A stretch of DNA of 64,000 nt from Klebsormidium nitens (taxonomy: Eukaryota > Plantae > Klebsormidiophyceae): NCBI GenBank assembly GCA_000708835.1, contig DF237342.1, positions 1 through 64,000 on the forward strand, written 5' to 3'. Under the pieces are notes generated by a model. That model searched no databases, was not told where the DNA came from, and was given only the letters and a program-made list of their open reading frames with translations. The position numbers and the translations under genes are program-made. Below are positions 11,142-23,986 of the stretch, piece after piece (position 1 is the first letter of the stretch; the number at the start of each line of letters is the position of its first letter).

Positions 11142-13981
11142 ATGGACCCCGACCAGCCAAGAACGACGAGGAGCTCGCAGAATGGGGCTCTCAGTCTCGT
11201 GTCAAACATCGAGCAGCAGATGGACTACAGAGAGCTTGCGACGCGGCTAACTGTTAGTGAGAGGAGGAGGGTGCTTGAGGCTGCCGTCAAGCAGCTGTTC
11301 CATCCCAAGATTGAGGAGGACTGTGGTGTTTGCTGCATGGTGTTCTGTGTCCAGTTTGAGGACGGGACGCAGTTGGCAGGATGCTCCAGCAACTACCAGG
11401 AGGAGCTGCAGAAGACCAGAGACGATGTGTCCCGTGTAGCTCAAAAGGAAGGGCAAATGTGAGAATACAGTTGTCTTTCTGTTGATCAGAATGGGCCAGT
11501 CCCCCAATGAGACCGAGGGGCATTTGATCCTTTGACATTACATTCTTGCTTATAGACCATCTCTTATAGTGCAAGTCTATCTCGCACCCTTAATGTATCA
11601 AGAGCAGATTGTTCTGCAAGCAGCAGATTAAGGCTTACGGATGTTGTCATGGCTGACAAACCTTCCCAGTTTGATGTGCTGTGTAAGAGTAGCTGCTTGG
11701 AGAGTCGTGTGTAGATTCAAGAGTCTCGGTCTGTTGCCATCCGCTTGTCTGCGAAGTAAACAGTTGAAATTGCTCAACCTACTATCTTGATGCTTGGCTT
11801 TGCATACATCGTGCTCGTGTCCCTCAGAAAGCTGTTCTTCTGCAAGCGTGCCAGTGCACTCGCAACCATAGGGTTTCTCAAGAATCAGAAGATTCTGAGG
11901 AGCTCATAGGCTCAAGGATTGAAGCCTAGTGGCCTTTCATGTCCTTACTTCAGTGCATGCAAGTCGTTGACTCTGTCACTCCATCTTCAGGTCCATCGAG
12001 ATAACTGATCGGAAGGGGAACCCCAAGCCCTGTGCTGAGCTATTTGGAAGGAGCGATGCCACTGGAAAGAGCAAGAGCAAGTTCCGGGAGCTGCATCCCC
12101 TCGTTGCTCGCTTGATCGCCAAGGTGACCGACGGCAACGTCCCCAGGTCCAAATCAAAGGTGAGGGTTGGTCCATGTTAACTCATTCTCTTCGTCGCCGC
12201 GCGCTTCAGGTGAAGTCTAGTTTGTGAATGGGCTTAATATAGGGATGAGTTTCTAGTCAAAATGCTCCTGGTGGTTTACTAATTAGGTCACGTTGGGACT
12301 GGATTTCTGGTATGCATGCGAGCCTCATTAAGTGTGAAGTTTCGCTGGCCATCCTAACTGTGTCAAGCAATTGTCTGCTGTCTGAAGGAGGAACGTTGCT
12401 CAGATGAGTTGCTGCTAAGGGGGTAGAGACTTGGCTACTTTGGTGTTTGCTTCCATGCTTAGGCTCTGTGCCCTTCAAATGGGTCTCCAAGGGGGCTCCC
12501 CACTGTTCCACTTAAACCAGAGTCTTAGGGTGTGTGCTCAATATAAGCCGTTAATGTCAGAGTGTTGTGTTTGGGGTTACTCCCCGGTATTGGTTTGCTG
12601 TGACCTATGGATCACTTTTGTATAGGTTTTTCCCTCCGAGCAGACAAGGAAGGAGAAACTGTTCTTGAGGTTCTAGCTTCCTCATTGTTCCCCTTTGCAA
12701 AGATTCACGTTGCCTCGGCACTGTTAAACAAAGTCTTGCAAACCTGTTTCCACCTTTTGCCCTCCGCTTAAAACCCCAAAGATTGTCACCCTGCCTTATG
12801 CGCATGCATGCAGATATCTTGTTAACCGCTTGTAAGACATCTCATCTCATTGCAAGCTTTTAGCGACCCTCCTCAGATTGCATCTTGCGTATCTTTCTGC
12901 CTCGCTTTTTCCTAAAAAACCGGCATCACACTCTGTACCTTTTCCTGGGCTTTATTTCATTCCAACCCTCAGTACCTACTTCACAATCAAGTCTTTGAAA
13001 ACCTGGTCTTAACACTTCTGCAAACCCTCTTTGCAGGAGCCTGCTTGGTGGCCCAAGGAGCTCTCTGGCATGTACGCTTGCCGCACCAAGGAGCTCGGCA
13101 TCGACGGCTGCGTCGCCGTTCTCGACAACCTCTTTGCAAAGGTCCGGCACTCGCTCCCCGAGATCCGCGACCTGCGCTCGAGCCTCGACTGCGACTTCCT
13201 CGCCACGCTGACCCCATGCACGCGCGCGACGCTCGAGGCCTACTTTGACTGGCTGGAAGCGGACGCCGAGGAGCCCGCTGTCGTCAACCCTCCCCCAGGA
13301 AACAAGGCCCGCCGGTCCGGGCCAGGGGGGAAGCGCAAGAGGGAGCTGCAGCCCCCTGCGCCGCTCGAGCTGCCCGCCGTGCACCGCGCTTTCCAGCCCG
13401 GGGGGGTTGAGGTTTGCTCTCCGGCTGGGGGGGGACTTCACGCCAGGAAGTTTAGCGAGGGGCTGCCAACAGAGGATGACATGCAGGCGGTGCTCGAGGA
13501 GCTGACAAAGCTTGAGGGGGGCTGCGTGCAGCAGGAGAACCTGCCCCCCGTGCCTGGCGCGTTCGGAAGCACGGGCTCACTGGCCGCGGCCCTCGCACGG
13601 ACAAACTCTTTTCAGCGGGCGGCGATGCTGAGCAGCTTCGGGCGCTCAAACTCATTCACAGCGGCGGCGGCAGCCGCGGCACTGGCCCGCATCGACGCGA
13701 GTATGCCCCTGTCCCCCCTGGGGCAGAACAAGAGCAACGTGATGCCTTTTGAGGGAGACGGCCTTAGCCCCAGCAGCAGTGACGTCACTGCAGCTCTGAG
13801 CGGCGACACCGCGCCAGTGCAGCAGTGGGGGGTGAAGGAGGAGCCGATCGACTTTGCGGGGGGGTGCTTCTGGGCTGGCGACAACCTCATTGCCAGCGGG
13901 GGGTTTGACGGCCAGGACATGAACCAGGTTGAGGCGGCCAAGTACATGGAGGATGGGTGGATGCAGTCTGCCATGGAGTAG
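11142..13981 (+). CDS. Putative DNA-binding protein with NRF1/EWG-, EIN3- and DUF2841-like PxWWP domain and long low-complexity C-terminus
   Basis: Exons 11142-11458, 11991-12159 and 13037-13981 join in frame via GT-AG sites (AT|G, AAG|GAG). Product includes LHPLVARLIAKVTDGNVPRSKSK-EPAWWPKEL and a basic GGKRKR NLS-like motif. The start codon is uncertain. Confidence 0.7.
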
Positions 13982-15378
13982 ACGATGGATGTTCCACGAT
14001 TACAGGAGATGGAGCCATAGATCGGTTTGGGAAGTGTAGGTATTACAAGGCATCTGTTTGTAAGATAGGGATTAGCCACGCTGTTTTGGGAGGAGCCTTG
14101 TCTCGTGAGAAGGATAGGGCCCGCTCGCCCGCTGTTGGTCTTGCTAGTCGGCGACAACTGGGTCCCGAGTAGCAGTACCAACAGGGGTAGGGCCAGATAG
14201 AGACAAAGCAGAAGCTTAGTAGTTACTAGCCATATCAGAACCCTACGTTTTGCACCTTTGCTTTTCACAAATCAAAAAGACTGCCCCTGTTGGATTCGCT
14301 AGTTGTGGACATCTGGGTCCCAAGTAGCGCCTCCAACAGGTGCCTACCATAACAGACGCATAGCCTGCCTAGATTTTGAAGAGGAGCAGACAGTGAGATC
14401 GTTTTGTTATATTGCAAGACTTGTAAATGTAGTGAATAAGAGCACCGTGTTGGCTTCACTAAGGTTGGCAATTGGGTCTTCCATAGTTTAGCCAACATGG
14501 ACTGCTCTTGAAAGGACCAAGTTCCAAATTACAATCCGATTAAAGGAAGGTGTTCCACGTGTGCCGTCCAAGCTGTTCAGCATTTCTTTTTCCAACCAAC
14601 TACCCGTTGTGTGTCCACATTCTTTGACAGAAGGTTTGATATTTTCGACATGATCATTCTGATTGCTGTAACAGGCATCGCAAGGAGGTCAATGTTCCAG
14701 AACAGGCATGAAGCAGCATAAAGAATCAAATTGGATTCTGCATGCAACTGCAGGCCAGACCTCGAGCAACATGATCATGCACGTGTTGGAAGGCGAATAC
14801 ATATTGCCCTGTTTTTCACCGACTGGAGATGAGAGATCAGAGAGGTGCCTTGCGTAGCTGCATATCTGGCCATGCACATGACCTTACAGCATTGAATATA
14901 CGCTCAACTATGGGCTTTAGCTCCATGGCATGCGATTGAGCAGCCATGTGATGCCGAGCTGCAGCATGGACAGGCTGCATGAGACCGTAAGCGCATGCCA
15001 TATTTGCACATCATCATCCATACGCGCTGGAAAGGTATGCCAAAATCGAGCTAAGTTGATTAAATTCTGATGTGTCCGACCATGTCTCGTCGAGGTGAGC
15101 ATGATGGTCTCGAGTCTCAATAATTACGCCGTAGATGACATGTGGCCAATGGCTTCTCCTGAATGATCCAACCCTACTCGCCTTTCAATTCTGCCCCGTT
15201 GCCGTAGTAACTGCAACCTCAGAAGTCTGAGCGGTGTATACTTGGCGCATGGATTTGTAAGCAGACTTTGGCATTGCAATGCTGTAATCTTCAAGAGTAG
15301 TCTCGGCGATGAGCCTTCAAAGCCTTTGAAAAGGAAATGTTCAACACCAACCCCTTTGCAACAGTTGCTCCTTCATTA

Positions 15379-17493
15379 TTAAACCTGTGCTTTGGCTCCT
15401 TGTTGTAGGAGTGCTTTGACTTCGTCATTTGCTGCCCTGTCTATTGCCGTCCTCCCATCAGCATCTTTCACATCGATCTTGGCCCCCGCTGCCAATAGCT
15501 CTTCGATTTTGGGTTTATCTCCTTCTGATGAGGCTAAAAGGAGCAGAATGTCCACTGGGTGAATGCTGGCGCTCAAAAGCGCCTCCATCTTGTCGTAGGA
15601 TCCCTCCACTGCCAACATCCCCATATAGTTAAAGTACTGCAAAGAGCAAGAGTCCGGTGTCGGTCAAGTAAACCTGGCAGCGTTGCCCAACTGAGGAATG
15701 AGTTCATCGTCTTGCTCCGCAAACAAAAGTTTGACGTTGTCCTGCAAACACTGTTTCCTATGAGGAAGTGATGTTGCACCATCTGTAAGTTGCGGAGAGG
15801 ACCAGAAGCGAAAGATTTCTAGTCCAGTCAGATGGCCAGAAATCAACAATTAGACATCGTCACTGCTGTTTCCTCCAGTGTCCGCAGAAGGTACCGAGAT
15901 TTTAACGATTGACACACGGAATGTGGGCCTCACAGAAAGAGGAAAGTGGATCGAATTTTGAAAACCTCTGGCAAAGGACAAGTACAGCTCTCCTGCACAC
16001 ATTGCAGACTCTAACACAAACAGAAGGTTCCCTTTCCAAGTACTTTCTTTCTGCAGAATCCGCAAAGGTCAGCAACGTGACGTGAACATCCTCACTGTTG
16101 AGAAGTAATTTGACAAGCTATAGGAACTTTATCTGACACACACAACAGGGTCCTGTGGACCAGGTTTTGTTGGACCAGTTTTCAGAGCAGAGGGATCATT
16201 GCGCTTGCCAAGCTGCATCTGATTGAGGATCTAGTGCTGATTGAACTGACAACTTTCGAAGAAAAGGCAACCAGCAGGGAATCGCTTGCCAAGTTTGATA
16301 CGTTTCTAAGTGGCCTAGTGAGATTGTCACAGTGGTACAATCTGGGAGAGCAAGCGGTCTCTTTTAATTGAGCATCTCATCCTTGAATGTGGTGAAGCAG
16401 TTGACGGAGTAATTGAGCTTGAATTGAGAATCTGCCAATGTAACTTCATTTGTGATTTTAAACCAGAAGCTCAAGTTCCTGGGTTCCATTACAACTCCTC
16501 CATTGTTGCTGGGGCCAAGGAAGAATCAGAAAAGGGGCTGGGCAATTGGTGGAGCAAGGCCAGTCCTCAATCATGACTCTTCAGCCGTCAAGCCAAAAAG
16601 TAGGGTGAAATTTTGTTTATGGGCCTCTCTATAAAACTTTAAGCCCAGCACTTGACTGAAACGCTGTTGACTGACCAACTCAAATGACAAATTGACGTCT
16701 AAGGACTACACCACTGATATGCACTTTTTCCTGCCAAAGGTCCAGAACCAGAGCGCATTGACTCAGATTAATGATTGTTCTGAGTGAAAAGCCGACAACA
16801 ATATCAATATGAGCATCTCAATAACCCAATCATAAACACAGTCTTTCAAAGCTTGACTGGCGACATCATAGATGTGGAATAGTGTCCTCTCATCAGCACG
16901 TTGGAGCTCAAAAGCTGTCTTTACAGTTTCTACAGTCGCATTTGAGAGGCGGTTGTAACCAATGTTTTTCGTTTACCGGTGGTGCTAAAACTTCCTGCTC
17001 CTGCCCCCTTCCAACACCTTTTTCAAAGGTGCTTGATTTGTCTCTGCCAAAGCTGCATTTTCAGTGTAATGCGATCCACAACCCTCTGCAAACTAGTGGA
17101 AGCATACTCAGCATTACAAACTGGAACAACAAAGGTCGTAGCAATCTCAAGAATGCCACTAAGCAGATCTCTCACCTGCTCAACATCATCCTCGTCATAA
17201 TCATCCCTTCCCTGACTTCCATATATACCAGCACTGCTTGAGTCCATCCCATTCTTGCCAAACTTGAACCAGGCACTTATCCTTGAGCCAGACACCGTCC
17301 CCGCTTTGATGGCCACAACGTTGCGCCTGCTAATGCCGTGTGACTTTCCTAAGAAGGACGAGCGGAGAGCAGATGTCTTCCTTCGACAGCACGAAGTGGC
17401 CGCCGGGCTGTGTTGGGAGGAGGCCTCTGCGGTGACAGTTTGAGTAAGAGAGAGAGTGCCCGGGGCGCATCTCAGAATGGTGCTGGACGCCAT
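15379..17493 (-). CDS. LTD: LHCP translocation defect protein (ankyrin-type chloroplast LHCP chaperone, GDC1)
   Basis: Exon 17176-17493 (transit peptide, WFKFGKNG...GIYGSQGRDDYDEDDVEQ) plus exon 15379-15636 (YFNYMGMLAVEGSYDKMEALL...HPVDILL...EGDKPKIEELL...KDADGRTAIDRA). These are diagnostic LTD motifs, joined by a phase-0 GT-AG intron. Confidence 0.95.
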
Positions 17494-18054
17494 TGTGCAA
17501 TTTCTTCTGCTCCCAAGCTATCGCCTTCAGCCTTCAGGTGTTCGAGGTGCTTGCAGTTAATACTGTACCGTATGCCATACGGTACATGGCCAGCATGTAG
17601 CCATGTACATGCTACATTGCTCGTACAGCCAAGTGCAGCAAGGATTTGGAAGTTCAGGGACAATAGCCCACTCACTTGGCTTAAATTCGTTCTGGAAGAG
17701 CTGTGCAGCAGCCGCGTATATAGGTCGAACTTCTATGTAATTTTCGAGCAGACGGGCCCGTTTCTACACTGACTCACCGAGCATGCCAGTCAAATCAGCT
17801 AGCTTGAAAGTTGAAACTCGACTGACCTTTCGAAATCCTGATACCGGTAATACTAATTCAATATCTAAACTACGAGCATTTGACGACCGAAATGCGGACA
17901 AGATAAAATCCGAATTTTCATCGACCCTCCCAGATTCAAGCTGAGTTTGACTGTGAAGCTTCTCTCGATCTCCCGCAGGAGCCTGCAAATTCACCGAGCA
18001 ATTCAGGAGGAAAGCAAACTCTGGAGGACGCCATTGTCGCGCAGAAACTATTCC

Positions 18055-21000
18055 ATGATTGCAATGGCCACGTCCGCCTTGGCTGCCAAGGCTCCTTGTC
18101 TAGCAGGAATTCCGAATCCTGCCAGCATTGCAGCTCGTCCATCCTCCTCCTCTCGAGCACTTGTCGTACATAACTATTGGAGTCTGGATTGCAACACAAG
18201 GCGAAGGCATCAAAACGTTTGCACCAGGATAACTAGTGATTCAATTCTGCAGTTGAGAAGGGAGTTTGGTGCGCACTCTGGAATCCATGTACAACGAATG
18301 GTGCAAGTACGTGCTTCAGGTGATTCTCGCAGGGAAGCAAATGCGGACACGTCTTCTGTTTCAGAACGGGCCAGGATACCTGAACCTGAGGGGTCGTCAG
18401 ACACTCCTGCGAGCACATCAGGAAGGCCTTCAGGTGAGGAGATGAACCTTTGTATTTGCTTCTTGTTGTGGCAAATGCGTCCTTAACAAGTCTTACTCCA
18501 ATGCTTTGTATCATCATTGTCCAGTTTGACAGCGGACAAATGCCTCTCCAGATGCTGTGAAGCGGCCTTCTGATGGTGCGCCCCTTCAACAATCGCTGCT
18601 ACCAACTTCAATTCGGCTTTGGTTGCCTTGTGTCAAGCTTGAAGTCGGTCTCTATTCCAATAAGCGCAAGTTATAACACTGAGTCGGGGGGGGTTAGGAA
18701 GGGGTTTGACGGTGGGCACAGGTGTGGAACACGTGAATGTTTGGGTTTAGCTTGTTTGTGTTAGCTTCGACTTATCATACTTATGAGCAGAGAACTATGA
18801 GCTTGAGCAGCTCAACACCATCTGATAACCAGGTTTTGATCCACTGAACCCCGGCTGAAACTCCTGAGCTTCAGTTGTCACCAATAAGCTGGGTAGTCAA
18901 TCTTCCTTGTGGTGATGAAAGCATCTTCCAATGCTGTCATGCACCCATGAGGATGGACTTACACTCAAAGGACGCATCACCTTAGCTCGGACCTTGGTTG
19001 GGGGCACCCAGGGAGCACTGCTCTGAGCTCTTTGTGAAAGCCTTAAGTTGTCAAAGGACCAACTGACCTGTCGTGCAATCCTGCGTTTCTTTACTTCATC
19101 TTGTTGTCTTGCCAATGTTAAGATCGTCCACCTATGGCAGTTTTTGCTCCCTTTCTGCCGAGCCTTGGCTGCCTTCCACTAAATCCCTCAGAAGCATTCT
19201 CTTCGTTGATGTCTCTGAATCTTCAGTGCAAGTTGGCCGCAGATCCTGAAGGGAATGGTGCTCTCTACTGGCTCATTGGAGGCCTTGCCTCCATCGGCGC
19301 ATTGGAGACGGCTTATCTGACGTACGAGAAACTCACCGGGGGCCCAGTTGCATGCGGCCTGGGAGCAGGAGGAGTGGGAGGATGTTCAGACGTTCTGGAC
19401 AGTGAATATGGGACGCTATTTGGTGCGTTCGAAACTTGTCCAATTGTCCAATCATGATTCGCCTTCTGTTGTTTCATCAGCAAAGTTTCAAATTGTCTTT
19501 TAAGGAGAGCTGTGACGTATAAAGAAAAGCATCGGCGAGCCTCTGAGGGAAGAATGACGGAATACACTATTTCCGTGTGCACACTTAAGGGTTTTCTCCC
19601 AGTTGTATGTGTCGCCGTTGAGGATTTGTGCATGTCGTATGGACCAAGAGGTTTGAGGGCCAGATGCAAAATTTGTGATCTCAGGTTGTCTCCGTGACTT
19701 GGGTGGTTGCACCTTGTTTGATGGAAGGCTTGATTTGTTAACCAATTTCATACCTTGCTTTTCAGAGGTGTTTGCACAACTGCGGTTGTCAAGCCTACTT
19801 TGGCTGACACATCCTCTCTGTTCGACTGCATAACTCCTACTCCAGGGCTCAATTTTCCTGACAAGGATGAGAACACATCTCATCATGACTACTAGGATTG
19901 CAGCTCATAGACGAGCCATGTGACCCGCATTTTGACCTTACGCCCTCTCTGCAGGCGTCCCCTTGTCGCTCTTTGGCTTGGCAGCCTACTCCTTGGTCCT
20001 CATACTCTCTCAGCTCACTAGGAGCGACCAAGCCTCAAACCCCTCGGCCCCTAGCCTCAACAAATGGCTCCTTTTGGCGGCCACCTCAGCGATGACCGCA
20101 GCCAGCGGTTACTTTATGTACATTCTCAACTTCAAGCTGACGGGAGCAACGTGCACCTACTGCGTTGGATCAGCGGTCCTGAGCACTAGCCTTTTGCTTG
20201 CGACTCTTACGGTGAGTCTTACTTTGACTTCGCACTTCAGGTTCTCTTCCAATGAGTCTTTCCATTGGCTCCATATATGCGAATATTTTACAGTGACTCT
20301 TATCCATTGATTTAACACTTCAGGTTCTTGATGGTGAGAGTATTTTGGCTCCAGGTTCAGATATGATGGGACTTGCGTTGGCTTGATACTTCAGGCTCTA
20401 TGTCTGCTCTTCTGGTGGGTCGCATGGTTTCTCTTTTTGTCAGGTTTCCGAACTACTTTGATCTGGCTTTGACTAGTTTTGTCTGCTTACTTCACCTTGC
20501 CGACGAAATGAGGTGCACTTGTTCTCCAAGCTTCAGCCTCTTTACGATTCTGCTAGTATTTTCGATGCGGTTTATCGGGATTCTTTTTCGAACTTCCGAG
20601 TCTATCAAGGTGATCAAGAGCTCGCTGAGCGATGCAACTTTCGCCACATCGATTCTTGTCAGTCACAGCGCCGCCTGCTTTCGTGATCAACTTAGAAGGC
20701 TGGTTTTGCAAGAAAAGTTTCATAAGTCATAAGCTGCTCAACTTCGTGGGAGGTGCAGAGAGCTCACCACAAAGGTGAACGGAGAAGATGGATTTGCATC
20801 TATCCTTGACCCCTCTCCGCCCTTCATCTTGATGATCGACAAGCACCTCGTTGCAAGCTCGACTCAACGTGGACCGTCATTAAAAGACTCTCAGCCAAGT
20901 CGGTATTTGGAAATTTTGTTGAGGGTTTCATTTTCCATCTATCCACTTCCACCGCTATTGACGGTATGAAGAGAATTTCAAATGACTTTTCTTTCATGCC

Positions 21001-23986
21001 GCAAGGGTTTCAAGGGCCCTGATTGTCACTTTATCTCAGCCCCAAGGGCCATCCCTGGACGTCCGCATTTCCGTCCCTTCAACCTCACAAAGTCGTTCCT
21101 CCTACCTGTTGAAAGATCGAAGAGAAGGGAGAGAAAGATGCAAACCCGTATTCTTCTTTCATCCCGCAGGGTTTCAAGGGCCCCGACCTGCGGAAGGCCG
21201 TCGCTCCTCAGCTCGGGCTCAGCCTTGCGGTCGTCCTCGCGCTGTCGCTCGCCTTTGCTGATGTCAGGTCCGCATCTGCAGGGTGCGTTTCTCGGTGGAG
21301 GGTGTCAGCCGGGGGGGATAAAAGGATCCCCCCTGCGAGCATTGCTGATGCTTTTGCAATCCCTGCCTTGGGAAAGAGTGCTTGCCACGGCTCGGTTCTC
21401 TTTTGCATGGTCGAGGGCCTTTCTACGTGCCTGACGAGCGGGCGCTGATCTTTTGTCTGCTTCCTTTGCTAAGCGTGCTTGTGTATTCGGAAGGGCTGAA
21501 CGAACTAGGAAAGCAAAGGCGGCAGGTCGATTGCTGGCCGCCTGTAAAAAGTGATTCCGCTATGTATACGGAATTCCTGCTGCTTATCTGGACAGCAAAC
21601 TATGTCAATTGTTCGAGTTGGGAACCATTCCCCTCGACAACCAAGTGACTCAAAATTTGTCGTCAAACACTGGTCTTATCACTCCCTGTTTGGGTGAAAC
21701 GAATGCTCGGTTGGTTAAAACAAACTCGTGGTCTTGCTTTCTAGCAGATTGTGTCGTTGTCTGGAAGCAGTTACCCTCTGTTAGGCGTGACTTCAGTTTT
21801 ATCGTACGGATCTTTTGAATGCGTCAGCTGTTCGGACGACTACAATAGCTGGACTTTGCGAGCAGCGAGGACTTCGAGAGCCCGCCCCGAATCGCAGCCT
21901 GCCCTTAAATACGGACTACCTTAGAAACAGTGAAGGCTGGACCCAGTCTTAAGCTCAGTCGTCCGCATCCCACTTCGGTTCTGGTCTAGCCAAACACTAC
22001 GACCATTCCAGAGTACCAAAACTTCTTCCGTCGTCCGAATGGTAGTGTCAAGGCAGTGGAAGAACTGAGCACGATGTTCTACCGGCACTCCTGAACTGCT
22101 TTTTTGTCGGCGCAACTCTTCGGACCTCGCTCTCGTTGAGCCGAACACTACGACCATCTCCGGGTATCAAGGAGCGTCATCAGAAGAGCAGGCAATGGGA
22201 TATCCAGCACCTTGTTCCAGTCCTGCTACTTGAGGTCATTTTTTTGTTCTGCGCAGCTCTCCAGACGACATCGGTCTCGCTCCCGTCGAGCCCAAGATCA
22301 CGACCATTCTCGGGTGGCGCGAAACGGGTTCCGCCCTAAACCCTCAAACCCGCCGGTTCCGAGACCTTGTTCCTTTCCGCCAGACGACGTTGATCTCGCC
22401 CCCGTCGGACCCGAGGAGACGACCTAAATCCAATCTTCTTTTTAAGATAACAAGTCTCTCGTCCCCATTTATCAGGTTCTGGGTACTGGGCACAGTACTG
22501 ACTTATGATTCCTTACCTGTCCTGCGCAGCTCTCCAGACGACATCGACCTCGCTCCCGTCGAGCCCGAGATCACGACCGTGTCGTCGTCCGCGGGGACCG
22601 CTCTCGCGAAGCACCTCAAGTCGATCGGGGCCAAGATGTACGGCGCCTTTTGGTGCTCGCACTGCTTCGAGCAGAAGCAGGTGGGGCTTTGGGGGTCGAG
22701 CGCTGTCCTTTTTCCTCTCCTTAGTGCGTTCTCAGACAGCGGCATCTGCTTCTGAAATGCTTCCTATTATTCGTGTTGCTTCGAGCAGAAATGGATGGGA
22801 TGCGACCGTTCTTGTACTTGTTTGCGTTTGTACGTTAAGTCGCGGTTGGCTGGTCTGAAATCTCTTCGACGGGTCGGGTTCGTTAGCAACGTCGACCTAT
22901 GTGAGATGTTGTCAGTCATTCGACGCTCTATATGCAGCCCTTCGACGTATCGTTCAACGCCCTTAGCTTTTGTCTGTGGTCTCCCGAGATGTACAGCATC
23001 TTAAAGTTTGCAACTGTCAGCAGTTGCATTTGCCACTGAAGAGCTCTTTGTCGGCCGTTCGGGAGTCCGCCTCTCAGCTCTTTTAGGTTGCATGTTTCGC
23101 AATCGTTTAGCCTTCCTCTTGAGGTCCCGCCCTTAGCCAATAGGAAGTCTCTCGTGTCTGATTAGCCTCCCTACGAATCTAGATGCCTAAAACTTGGAGA
23201 AGCTTCGTTTTGACTACTCGCCTGGCCCCCTAGGGGTGGACCCTTTACAGTCAGTTGACGAAGTTTGCAGCCACTTTCGCCAATTCAATCCCCTATTTCA
23301 CCAGAAGCCAAAAGCGATCGAAAGTCTCTAGAATAGTGTTGCAGGTCCGCAGTGATACCTAATTCCTCAGAGGGACGTTCGATCGACCTGTCGATTACGA
23401 AATGCTATACAAAGCTGGATGAATGCCATGCTCTTTCCCGGACAGCTAATGCACGTAATAAAGCGCTGGGTGGAGGCATGGAAAGCGCCAACTTCCATGG
23501 TGTGAAGCGAGTGTTCACGGCTTGTCTGGTGTGCATTTATCTCGGTCGCAGGCATTCGGACAAGAGGCGATGCAGTACGTTGACTATGTTGAGTGCTACC
23601 CCGACGGTTATCGGAGGAACGTAACTTTAGCCAAGCCCTGCGTAGATGCCAAAATCGAAGGGTTTCCGACGTGGGTCATCGACGGAAAGGTGAGGGGCCT
23701 TTGTCTGCCTCGTCATCTACGGTTCAGCCGAGAAGGCCAAAGAAGATTACTAGAAAAGCCTAAGTCCGATGGCAGTTCCTTTTTGCACGGATTGCGCAGC
23801 TTGGATGCCAGCACTTTGTGTGGATGATCTTGCAGTTTGCTGATCTGGTAGTTCAGAAGTGGTAGTCACGGGTAGTCATGAGCTGACCGATTGCCTTGTG
23901 ATCTTGTGCAGCTGATATCTGGGGAGCAGGATTTGAAACAGCTGGCCATCGTATCCAAGTTTGATCCATCGACCATCACCCAATAG
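18055..23986 (+). CDS. LTO1: Thylakoid lumen thiol oxidoreductase: VKOR domain plus thioredoxin-like domain
   Basis: Seven frame-consistent exons: 18055-18433, 19243-19422, 19955-20211, 21170-21267, 22530-22680, 23552-23689, 23912-23986. Motifs ETAYLT, C..G.GGCSDVLDSEY, CTYC, YGAFWCSHCFEQK, YVEC, GFPTWVIDG. Confidence 0.95.
21960..22430 (+). repeat. Degenerate tandem copies of the LTO1 exon-5 acceptor and exon start
   Basis: ctgcgcag|ctctccagacgacatcg...gagccc.agatcacgacc at 22250-22310, with more decayed copies near 22380, 22125 and 21980. The functional exon starts at 22530. Confidence 0.85.

Noticed and set aside
12626-12669. Candidate extra exon in the NRF1-like gene (tatag|GTTTTTCCC...TTGAG|gt)
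   Set aside because: Its phases do not fit both neighbours. Direct splicing 12159->13037 is in frame and gives the expected motif spacing.
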